DNA of 55,332 nucleotides from Chromera velia (Eukaryota), in NCBI GenBank assembly GCA_018398765.1, contig JAHBMJ010000150.1, positions 1 through 55,332 on the forward strand, written 5' to 3'. The position numbers were made by a program, and so were the translations under genes. Positions 39,311-49,483 of the stretch are shown here, piece by piece (the first letter of the stretch is position 1; every line of letters begins with the position of its first letter). The notes below the pieces were generated by a model. It had not been told where the DNA came from and ran no database searches. It saw only the letters and a program-made list of their open reading frames with translations.

Positions 39311-39779
39311 TGTGGAGTCCTACCCTGTGGCGCCGCCCTCTGGACCCTCACATGCGCTATATCTGAATGAGCCCACGTGCCGATGCCAGGCTCCGCCGCC
39401 GCGCTTTGTTTCGTACGCGTCGCGCGCGTCGATCAAAATTGTTGAAATCCTTCGTATTCAAGCATGCAACATGTTACTCAAGCAACGGATAGCATCGTTT
39501 GAGTCTGATGTCTGTTTACCATAGATCAAGAGAGATCGAGAGTCTGAGAGAGAGGAATGAGTAGAAACTGTGCATGATAGAATGCATCCAGCTGATTGGA
39601 ATCCCACTGGGAGATCGCGTTAGCACTTAAACTAATATAGAGCCAAACCTCTTGTAAAGTGTTGCTTGAGTGAGTGTTGCTCACGTTCCTTCTCTAGATC
39701 TTCCCTAAGGTTCTTGTCCTCGCTTTACCTTCTGTCTGGACGCCATAAGGTGGCCGGACAGGCCTGGGGGGACAAAGCA
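39311..39779 (+). repeat. 5' LTR
   Basis: Direct repeat of 42154-42630; starts TGTGGAGTCC, ends GACAAAGCA. Confidence 0.92.
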
Positions 39780-42153
39780 TTGTGGTGAACGCTCAGCTCG
39801 ATGAGTGTCGACTTTTGTATACCTTCTGTGATAGAGATCAGATCTTCCTTTTGTGCAACAGTTGAAAGCCGATTGCAACGATACGGGCACGGTCAGGCAA
39901 AGACCGTGAGTAGGGGAATTCAGCATCCCTTTGCGTCCCAAGCTGCCTGGAATCCTCTTTTGGAGATCTCTTTTGAGTCCGATCCTGGACTTTGCCTTTA
40001 TCCTTGAGTGGAGAGCCCAAAGATCGTTGGAGGTCGCCAAAGCCAATGGTGGAGACGTTGCTTAGTGTTGCTTGGACTTTCGAGGAGCTTAACTTCATTA
40101 AGACCGCCGCCTACAAGCAGATCGCAATTCAAACGGCCAGTAGAGTGCTTGTCTTATGCCTTTTGATTCTGTAACTATCTCCGTCTTCCAGATGGATGTC
40201 AGCTGATCACCTTCACTTGTCTTTGCTGTTGGTTGTTTGCTTGTCTGCGAGAGGCCGACCACCTTCATGGTTTGCAAACACCTCCAGCATGTCTAGGTCT
40301 GTCTGGACTGGTCCTCCGACAGCGTCCAAACACAAGAAGACGCCCTTTGCCTCTCCATGTGTCTGCAATGCTGCCGTTTTCTTCCGAGAGAGAGCTTGTC
40401 GTTTCTGGCTGTCTGGCTATTGCGTAAATCATTCAATGAGTGGCGGTTCAATTGGGTACGCAAGACTCTGTATGCATGTTAAACAGGCAGAAAGGACAGG
40501 TGGTGGCGTACCACATGGAACAACGCAGTGACGGCCGGTGTGCCAGCCGGGGAAGGCCTTCTGCTTTGGGACTTCGATGCGGCGAGCCTGGAGTAGGAAG
40601 GAGGGGGAAGGAAGGAAGGGGTACAAAATAATATCGAGCCTGCCCTCGACGGCAAGAGAGGCAGAAGGGTCACGGCAGACCTACTGAGAGACAGAGTAGG
40701 GCACACGGCAGCTGCCGCCTCATCTTTCGCCAGCGCCGACAAAATTTTTAACAGGGATCGGGAAGGGCAAAGCGGGTCATGGGGGAAAGGGGGGAAGGGG
40801 GAACAATGAGGAAGGGGGGAGAGGGAGGGAAAGGGGGGGAAAGAGGGGGGGAGGGGGGTTGTTTTGGGGTGGGGGGGGCGAATCGAATCGAAGCTGGCCG
40901 AGAGCATACGAAGTACTAGCAACTGAGTATGACTGGAGCATCTTTTGTCTGAAGTTGAGAGTTCATCTGTCGAAAGGAGCAGCAAAGGGATGAAACGAGA
41001 CAGAAAGAAGAGACGAGATAGAAAGAAACCAGCGGGGCAGTCTGCAATGTGTCCGGTCCCTTCCCTCCCTCCCTTTATGCAGCCGCTGACACGCGCGAAA
41101 TGTATTTATGCTCGACAAGACGGCCGAGCCCTTCTATCAACGAGAACTCGAAATCGATCGCCTACCCCTACGTCAGCTGCATATGAAACGCGGGCAGAGG
41201 ACTGCCTGATTGTCGCCGCCATATGCTTATGCCCGCGCATGTCCGCGACTGCCTGTGACCGCCGTTGTGCCCCTGCACTGAACTTGGGGGGGGAGTGAGC
41301 TCATTGCAAAGCTGAGCATCAAAAAGGTGGACTGCGAGAGCAACAAGCCGAGCGCCACATGTGCCGCGCATTTGGAACTTCTGGAGCTCCTTTTGGAAGA
41401 GTGACCTTTCTTCTCTTTCAGCTTCTCTTCTTTGCGTGTGGCTTGGGAGTTAGACCCCTCATGTGGCTGAGAGCACGAGCACACGAGGGGGCGCTTTCAT
41501 TCACTATCTCCTTCTCACTTCCTTCTGCTACTTTGAAACGTTTCGGGTTATCCCTGGCTTTCTTCTTAATTTAAGAAAAGAGACTGGAAGAGGCGGAGAG
41601 AAAATGAGTAGAGGAGGAGCAAAAGGAGAAGAAATCTTTAAAGAGATGTCTAGTTCAACGAGAAAAGAAGAAAAAGCGAGGGGACAGCCCGTGCATGTCT
41701 CTGTGTCCATTCTACATCTTCTCTCTGCAGGGAGATGCCGGTGTTTTGGAGGCCCTCTGGGTCCTCTGGGTATCGCTTCTCCCCCTCGTAGCACGGGAGT
41801 TGATGGGGGCCTTGGTGGAGCTAGCCGTCTCTACGCGAGCATCTGCATGGAGCCAGACGGTGTACCGCTAGGCGTCTCCCTCCGATAAGTCTGACCGGCT
41901 ACCATTTATGGCCGTTTGTTTGTTGATGTCTGTTATCTTGATTTGCTCTTCCTTACATCTGTCATGGTGCGAGGACGCTCAAAATTTTATTCCTTCGACT
42001 ACATGCTTTGAAGTGTTCTATTGGTTGTATGGGTTTGCATTATGTCTGGTTGATCGTATTCTTTTGCTCACCTTTTTTCCCTTTCTGCGCATGCTCGAAT
42101 GTGTCTGGCTGATCGCGGAGACGCGATTTTCTTGTCTGTGGCCGGGGGGGATC

Positions 42154-42630
42154 TGTGGAGTCCTACCCTATGGTGCCGCCCTCTGGACCCTCACATGCGC
42201 TATATCTAAATGAGCCCGCGTGCCGACGCCAGGCTCCGCCGCCGCGCTTTGTTTCGTACGTGTCGCGCGCGTCGATCAAAATTGTTGAAATCGATCGAGT
42301 CTGACCTTCGTATTCAAGTATGCAACATGTTACTCAAGCAACGGATAGTATCGTTTGAGTCTGATGTCTGTTTACCATAGATCAAGAGAGGTCAAGAGTC
42401 TGAGAGAGAGGAATAAGTAGAAACTGTGCATGATAGAATGCATCCAGCTGATTGGAATCCCACTGGGAGATCGCGTTAGCGCTTAAACTAATATAGAGTC
42501 AAACCTCTTGTAAAGTGTTGCTTGAGTGAGTGTTGCTCACGTTTCTTCTCTAGATCTTCCCTAAGGTTCTTGTCCTCGCTTTACCTTCTGTCTGGATGCC
42601 ATAAGGTGGCCGGACAGAGGGGACAAAGTA
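42154..42630 (+). repeat. 3' LTR
   Basis: Direct repeat of 39311-39779 with a 13-bp extra segment (GATCGAGTCTGAC), a small indel near the end, and transition substitutions. Confidence 0.92.
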
Positions 42631-43184
42631 GAGCACTGTAAATCGGCTTGATTCAAATCATTTGAAACTAAACTTCTAGATTGAACCCGACCCAACCGAG
42701 TGTATTTAACATCATTATGACATTTAAAAAATTGAGAACATATATATTTTTTGAGTCTTTTTTTTTCAGACTTGAGTCAAGTTGAGTGACAAAACATAAA
42801 ATTTGTGTACTCCTCCGTTGGCCGGACGGTAGCAAGTGCGTACGTACGTATACGTAGAATCAGCGAAATACATCGGCGCCCGCGATCGGACGGGCCTTCT
42901 ATGCGGGTGTTCTTAAGGTACGTGCATGTGTTGAATCGTTCAAACAACTGTTGTTCGCATGGCTTGTCAGAATGGGCTTGCAGCTCAATCAGTTAGCCCT
43001 ATATACATTTAGTACAGAACGACCTGTACAATGTATCAGATGAAACTATTTACGGCAACACGAACTTTTGACTTGATATTGAGGCAATGGTTGTAACGAC
43101 AGGCTTCAGTCTGAAACAGGTCGTTTTGAGCAACACTATATATATACTATCTTCTCTTTGCCAAACTCCGAAGTCCACACAACT

Positions 43185-44678
43185 ATGCAAAAAGTTAAAG
43201 GCACGAAATCTCGCAGACAGCGGCAGTCTTACGACGATGCAGAGGGCCTCTTGCTGAACGTTGGTGTTGTTTCTGCCCTTGTCCTGTCCTTTGTATTCGG
43301 TCTCTACCTGACGGTCACAATAGAAGAGAACCTGAGGGGGGACTTTTTCAGCTTTCTAATCGACAGCGGTCTCAAAAGTTCGTGTCAGAGTGCAACGGAC
43401 AATATTGTTGACCTTTCCATCCGCACCATTGAAAACAGCCAGCCCGAGTTCAATTGGACTCTAGAGCTCAGGCCAGGGGAGCTGTACGATGTCAAAGCAG
43501 CTGCTCAGTCTATCACGCAGCGCAACGTGGACAATCCCGGAAGGTCCAGCGACGTGAAGTTTGCAGACCCCGACGTTGCAGTTGTTGGTGACATCTTGTT
43601 CACCAACGTGCCCAATGAGATCTTCACTGCTTGGATGAACATTCGGCTGAGGCCCATCAAGGACGATATCTTCTACACGTGTGAGGAAGTGAGAGCAACC
43701 TCCAGCGTTCAAATGTTACTGCAAGGCCTCGCTTGCGGAGTCTTCCTCACATTTTCTCTTCTTACTTCGGTTTTCCTTTACTTCAGCTTGGCATGGTCGG
43801 AATGCCGAGAAGATGGATCGAAATTTCAGACATGGTGGACCACTGGAAAGTGGCTTGTCATGCTCTCCATGTTCTTTTTGGTTCTCGGTGTTGTTCTGTT
43901 TTTCACCACCACCGCCTCCATCTCGTATAAGCGTTTTCCCTCCGTTTCCATGACCGATGAACAAACGTTGTTCCAACTGGTCTACGTACTCGTACCTTCT
44001 CTGTTTGCAAGTGGCCTGATTGCAATCTTCGCTGCTGTGACAACAACTGACTGGTTCCGAAAGTGCTGCCGCTCCTGCGGTGGGCTGTTGAGACTGAAGC
44101 AGGAGAGAGCACTGGGGGATGCGTCGCATTTAGTTCGCAGGTTTGCTGAGACCTCCACAGCGAATCTGGTCATGCAACTGATAAAAAAGAACACTGGCGA
44201 GACAGAGCCTTCGGACACCGCCATTGCTCTTTTCCTTGCCAAGTGGGCAGTTGCCAAGATCGAGGGCGATGGGCCGTCCGAGCTCGTGGCAGCGCTGAGC
44301 CAACCAAGACAGACAGAGGCGGATGCCGAGAAGGATGCACAGGAGTTGAGAGAGAAGATAGACACTGTGCTTTCGTACACGGCAGGGGAGGACAACGAGG
44401 AGGCGCATGACCGATGGTTCGTTAACTCGACGTGTCTCGAATGTGTGGGAGAAGGTGCGGCCGCCCACTCTTGCAACACCCATGTGAGGGTGCGGGAGGT
44501 GTATAGTGAAGTCAAAAACGCAGCACAGAAAGACGGGGGAGATCCGTCATCAGGGGGGAAAACAGAAAAAGCGCACGTGCCAGAAGGAAACGGGGCAGAA
44601 TCTGACGGTGCAGTCCACGTTGCCCCTCCGGGAACTGTGCCGTGCCCTGACTCGGATCATGACATGCCGGCTGTATGA
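43185..44678 (+). CDS. Intronless multi-pass membrane protein of unknown function (about 4 TM)
   Basis: 497-codon ORF from ATG 43185. Hydrophobic segments LLLNVGVVSALVLSFVFGLYL, GLACGVFLTFSLLTSVFLYFSL, WLVMLSMFFLVLGVVLFF and LVYVLVPSLFASGLIAIFAAV; soluble C-terminal tail. Confidence 0.85.
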   Translation: MQKVKGTKSRRQRQSYDDAEGLLLNVGVVSALVLSFVFGLYLTVTIEENLRGDFFSFLIDSGLKSSCQSATDNIVDLSIRTIENSQPEFNWTLELRPGELYDVKAAAQSITQRNVDNPGRSSDVKFADPDVAVVGDILFTNVPNEIFTAWMNIRLRPIKDDIFYTCEEVRATSSVQMLLQGLACGVFLTFSLLTSVFLYFSLAWSECREDGSKFQTWWTTGKWLVMLSMFFLVLGVVLFFTTTASISYKRFPSVSMTDEQTLFQLVYVLVPSLFASGLIAIFAAVTTTDWFRKCCRSCGGLLRLKQERALGDASHLVRRFAETSTANLVMQLIKKNTGETEPSDTAIALFLAKWAVAKIEGDGPSELVAALSQPRQTEADAEKDAQELREKIDTVLSYTAGEDNEEAHDRWFVNSTCLECVGEGAAAHSCNTHVRVREVYSEVKNAAQKDGGDPSSGGKTEKAHVPEGNGAESDGAVHVAPPGTVPCPDSDHDMPAV

Positions 44679-44809
44679 ATGTAAGAGAAGAAATCAATCC
44701 GGTGACGTGTGGTGGTAATGTGGTCATACAGTAGCACACGTGTTCCTTTTTTACAGTAGCATACCTTTTACCTTCCACGATTGGTCCGTCTGTCTGCGTC
44801 TACTGACTC

Positions 44810-44962
44810 ATGGATTCCTCTTTATTTGTTTTCTTTTCCTTCCCTCCTTCCATACTGATTTTCTTTCTCCCTCCCTCCCTCCCTCCTTCCCTCCCTCCCT
44901 CCTTGCACACTGATTTTCTTTCTCCCTTCCTTCCTTCCTTCCTTCCTTTCTTTTTTATTTTT

Positions 44963-44997
<35 letters not shown>

Positions 44998-45431
44998 GTC
45001 CGTCTGTCCGTCTGTCCGTCTGTCCGTCTGTCCGTCTGTCCGTCTGTCCGTCTGTCCGTCTGTCCGTCTGTTCGTCTGTCCGTCTGTCCGTCTGTCCGTC
45101 TGTCCGTCTGTCCGTAAGAAACATATAGTCTGTCCGTCTGTCCGTCTGTCCGTCTGTCCGTCTGAAGCAGCAGAGGAGTAGTGTGTGAAACCAGTGATCA
45201 CGTGAAAGTCTGTCGAGAGGTGGAGAGGCAAGGGGCGCTTAACTCTCACCTTTCGGGCCCCCTGCCCACGCTGTTTGATTGTTGGTGCTGTTCTTTTGTC
45301 TTTGTTCTTTCTTTCTTTTTGTCTGTTGTGTTCATGAAGAAAACGAGGGAGAAGAAGAAACATATAGTCTGTCCGTCTGTCCGTCTGTCCGTCTGTCCGT
45401 CTGTCCGTCTGTCCGTCTGTCCGTCTGTTCG

Positions 45432-45462
<31 letters not shown>

Positions 45463-46110
45463 GTCTTCCTGTCTTCCTGTCTTTCTGCCTTCCTGTCTTC
45501 CTGTCTTCCTGTCTTTCTTTGGTTCTGTCTGTCTTCCTGTCTGTCTGTCTGTCTGTTTTTCTTTCTTTCTTTCTTTCTTTCTTTCTTTTGTCTTTCTTTC
45601 TGTCTTTTTGTCTTTCTTCCTTCCTGTCTTTCTGTCTTCCTGTCTTTCTGTCTTTCTTTCTGTCTGTCTTTCTTTCTTTCTTTCGTTCTGTCTGTCTTCC
45701 TGTCTGTCGGTCGGTCTGTCTGTCTGTCTGTCTGTCTGTTTTTCTTTCTTTCTTTCTTTCTTTCTTTCTTTTTGTCTTTCTGCCTTCCTGTCTTTCTGTC
45801 GTTGTGTCTTTCTGTCTTTCTTTCTGTCTGTCTTCTTGTCTTTATTTCTGTCTGTCTTCTTGTCTTTCTTTCTGTCTGTCTGTCTTCTTGTCTGTCTGTC
45901 TGTCTGTCTTTCTTTCTTTCTTTCTTTTTGTCTTTCTGCCTTCCTGTCTTTCTGTCGTTGTGTCTTTCTGTCTTTCTTTCTGTCTGTCTTCTTGTCTTTC
46001 TTTCTGTCTGTCTTATTGTCGGTCTGTCTGTCTGTCTCTCTGTCTGTCTGTATGTCTGCCTGTCTTTCTTTCTTTCTTGCTTTCGTTCTTTTTCTTTCTT
46101 TATTCATTAT
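44810..46110. repeat. Compound microsatellite array: (TCCGTCTG)n, (TTTC)n, (TCTG)n, (CCCT)n
   Basis: Directly visible. Almost no A on the + strand, which explains the long spurious ORFs. Confidence 0.95.
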
Positions 46111-47077
46111 TTCTTTGTTCATATTTGATATATTGGCTAGTAGTATAGTTCTTCGTTCGTTCCTTTCTTGGTTTTTTAGCTTGTCATCTAAGGTTATCAT
46201 CATTATTCAGAATTTTAGTGCTATGGTTTTAGTGGATCGATCAGAAGGATGTTCGCTAGCCGGGATTTATATATTATTTGCTTCAGGAGTTTAGCGGTAA
46301 AACTTTAGCGGAGTTTGGAAATTTTTGATCACGGGACCACGGGTGAAATCTATAGGGTAAAATTAAAAAGTTTTTTTTCAGAGTTTAGCTGTTTCTATAT
46401 ATACTTGGAGGCTAATTTACTAGCTAATTTATAGCAATCTTTTTTTTTTTGTTATCTTCCAAGTTATTTTACACAACTTAAATTTTTAAATTAAACTTTG
46501 TAATTAATATTAAAAAACAATAAAGTAAAAAAAAAAAAAAACGTAAAAAAAGTTAGCATACGTCCTTCCACAAGATCTTAAAAGTCGAACATTAATCCTA
46601 ATCCTAACATGCACGTAGACGTACGTGCATAAGTAACTTAATACGGGTAACCGTAGTAATCAGAAGTTTTTTTCCCGGATTTGATGCCACTTTGCATGTT
46701 TTAGTTGAACTTAATTCAAGACTGCAATTCAAGTGCAAAAGCACTGGCATCTAGAAAAGCATTGACAAGAGCTTTTCAAGTTCTACTACTAAAGGAACTT
46801 TAAGGAAGTCTTCGGGAGCATTAGAGAAAATGCAGACAGGAATGCCTGCAAGCAGTGCGAGATCCGCGAACGTCAGACTTCATGTACACAAAGTCACTGC
46901 AGCAGACGGGGATAAAGAAGAAAACGCTCTGTGGGAAAGATGGATATGCTTCTGTGTACAAATCTCCACCAGACTTCCTGAGGATGCATGCAACTACCGC
47001 CGTCTTGCAACGAAAGACGACTCGAAATATTACAGGAACTACGCTCGACAAATAGACTCAAGAACGAACAGAGGAGA

Positions 47078-48715
47078 TCAATTCACTGCTGAAAGGATTT
47101 CATCATTTTCATCAAGCCGCTCTCTGGAAGGAACGTTAGCGCCCCCTTTGGGCTCCACGAACCAGTGGGGTCTCGCTGCAATCTGCTTATCTGACAGTGC
47201 CTTGACAATTTGTTCTGCCAGCACCCGACGAGGGACTTTGTATTCAACTTCCCCGTCGGCATCCCAACCCCGACTTCGTTTGCTTTGCACCAACTCAAAC
47301 TCTCCCCCCTCATCTTCGTCTGACAGCTCGGTGACTCTCAATACCGTCGGCTGCACGCTCGCACAGTCACCCGTGATGAGCTCTTTACATGCAGACTGAT
47401 AGGCATCGAGCTTGTCATAAAACCTGGGGTCTTGTAGGTTGGAATCGTAAAAGTTCATCTTCGCCCAGTCGAACTGGGCCTTGTTGCACTCCTCCTCGAG
47501 TCGGGAGGACGAGACCATCACAACACGCCAAGAGGGGTCTCTCTTGAAGGCATCGATCGTTCGGATCACAATCCCGTGTGCCTCCTTCTGCATACGCGGG
47601 TTGCTCTTCCGGTATTCAATACCGAGCTGGACTATCTGACTGGGGTCGACAAAAATAGTCTCGGGACTGACGGAGGGATCGGTCCGTTTGGCAAGGGACC
47701 TACCCCTGAAATGGGGTTCAAACTTGGAGAACGGCACGAGCACATGGCGGGGAGTGACGGAGGCTTGGAAGGGGGCCTCGTATTGAATCCCGTCTGCCCA
47801 GTAGGAGGGCGTTCTGATTATCAGACGATAGTCAAAAAGACCTCGGAGGGAGGTGCAGTCAATCTCCAACCCGTCAAACTCGGATAGGTCGACACGCAAA
47901 GGAGACGTCCATATGCCTGTAGCTCGGAATGTGTTCGTTGTCGTTCCTCTGAACACGGCCTCCCCCCCCGCTAAAGGCCTCCCAAACCACGAATGCTCCA
48001 ACCAGTTCACGATCGAACTTCTCTTCTGTTGGTAATTCCACAAGTGATACGGAAGACCGTTGTCCTCGATGTGCCACACTGTCTCGTGGGCCTTTTTCGA
48101 GAAATCAAACAAATTTGTCGTGCCGCTCTTGAACCCCCTGTCTGCCTGGGCCTGCCTCATTGCAGTTCTCAGCAAGTGCAGAGAGGCGAGGTGGGACTCT
48201 GCGTCGTCGTCCCTCAAGGGCGTGGGAGCCCATGACCGCAAAAGCTTTTCGGGATCCGAACGGTCACTTGTGGAGTCCCCTAGCCAGACAATACGGGAGG
48301 CTCCCGCAAGGGCATCGAAAAACAAAACAGGATCGCTATAGTCCCCCTCATAGTACGCAACATCGGGCCCCAGCCTGTCGACAAGTGCAGCGTCGACAGT
48401 CCGCACGAGGGCTCTCACTTTGTATCCCGCCTCTTTCAATTGCTTAACCACCTCAGGGCCTGATCTGCCTGAAGCGCCCACCACCAGGACGTCTTTGGAC
48501 GAGTCGTCTGACCGAGCTTGACTTTGACTCGGCAGAGGCAACTCTTCTACCAGGTGGGTGGTCACATCGTCTAGAATCTGTTTGAGGACGGAGGAAGGAG
48601 GGGAAGCACGGCTCTTCAAATCATCCCGTGCAGAAAATCGATGCGAATGAAGGAGAAAGGAAGAGGCGGATGCGGCCAAAAGCAGCAAGACGCTGAGAGA
48701 GCGGAGGAGGCACAT
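47078..48715 (-). CDS. Plastid-targeted NAD(P)-binding Rossmann protein with inserted CIA30 domain (HCF173-like)
   Basis: Signal peptide followed by ASSF (ASAF-type bipartite leader). VLVVGASGRSG...VRALVR Rossmann motif. CIA30-like DLSEFDGLEI...YEAPF...VPFSKFEPHFRGR. C-terminal SDR half VVMVSS...TVLRV. Intronless. Confidence 0.85.
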   Translation of the reverse strand: MCLLRSLSVLLLLAASASSFLLHSHRFSARDDLKSRASPPSSVLKQILDDVTTHLVEELPLPSQSQARSDDSSKDVLVVGASGRSGPEVVKQLKEAGYKVRALVRTVDAALVDRLGPDVAYYEGDYSDPVLFFDALAGASRIVWLGDSTSDRSDPEKLLRSWAPTPLRDDDAESHLASLHLLRTAMRQAQADRGFKSGTTNLFDFSKKAHETVWHIEDNGLPYHLWNYQQKRSSIVNWLEHSWFGRPLAGGEAVFRGTTTNTFRATGIWTSPLRVDLSEFDGLEIDCTSLRGLFDYRLIIRTPSYWADGIQYEAPFQASVTPRHVLVPFSKFEPHFRGRSLAKRTDPSVSPETIFVDPSQIVQLGIEYRKSNPRMQKEAHGIVIRTIDAFKRDPSWRVVMVSSSRLEEECNKAQFDWAKMNFYDSNLQDPRFYDKLDAYQSACKELITGDCASVQPTVLRVTELSDEDEGGEFELVQSKRSRGWDADGEVEYKVPRRVLAEQIVKALSDKQIAARPHWFVEPKGGANVPSRERLDENDEILSAVN

Positions 48716-49483
48716 GGGAGAGAGAGATTGGAACTCGTCTCGCTTGTTAGAAGAGAAGTTGGCTCACGTCTCCCTCCCACATCTGTTCCTATGAGGACCG
48801 TCAGAACGATTTGGGATCTTTCACTTCTTGAAAAATCGGGCTGCAGCGGTGTCTGTCACTTCTACCTGCCACAGGAACCTCGACACTGTGCAATCAGACT
48901 GGCACTGAAGTGAAGGTATGGTGAAGATCAGAAAGAGAGACTCAGTGTGTGGCAGAGACTGCATGGATCAGAGACTATCAGAGACTGCGTGCATGCTTTT
49001 TAGCTCGGCCCGCGATATTTTTGCTCGGCATGTGCATGCATGCATGGCCCGCGCGCCATTCATGCATTCGAAAAGACGCCCGGAGAGGCGATAATTATAA
49101 TTAAGAGAGATTCGAAAAGACGGCGGGAAGATTTCATGCATGCATTATTAATATATATATTAATATAAGGCGAATTAAAGAAAAGTCGGTACTGCAATGT
49201 ACTGCATGAATCGTCGGAGTAGACCGAGGCCTTTGCGCACACAGCGTCCTTTACCATGCGGGGTTGAGTCTGTATGCACGTATAGCTCTCAGCACCTGAG
49301 AGCTGCGTCGCAACATCCGCGAGTAACAAGGCACATGTCCATTGCTTGAGTTTCTGACCGTGTCCGTCTCTGGAGTCATACGTCTTCCCCTCTTCCCGTG
49401 CCTCCTCCCCCAGCCTCTTTTCCCACACAGAGAAAAGGAGGGTTGAAGAGAGGGCCAAATTCCGCCTTGATTGGATCGCAAAG

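Larger units (their letters stand above)
39311..42630 (+). mobile_element. Non-autonomous LTR retrotransposon (3.3 kb)
   Basis: 5' LTR 39311-39779 (TG...CA) and 3' LTR 42154-42630 (TG...TA). 4-bp TSD GAGC (39307-39310, 42631-42634). PBS-like TGGTGAACGCTCAG from 39783. Polypurine tract GGGGGGGA just before the 3' LTR. No gag/pol ORF recognised. Confidence 0.92.

Noticed and set aside
44997..45430. CRISPR-like repeat-spacer pattern
   Set aside because: Simple 8-mer tandem repeats in a eukaryote; no regular spacers or cas genes.
44800..46294. Long ORFs (up to 467 aa) on both strands
   Set aside because: Translations of microsatellite DNA lacking stop codons; no coding complexity.
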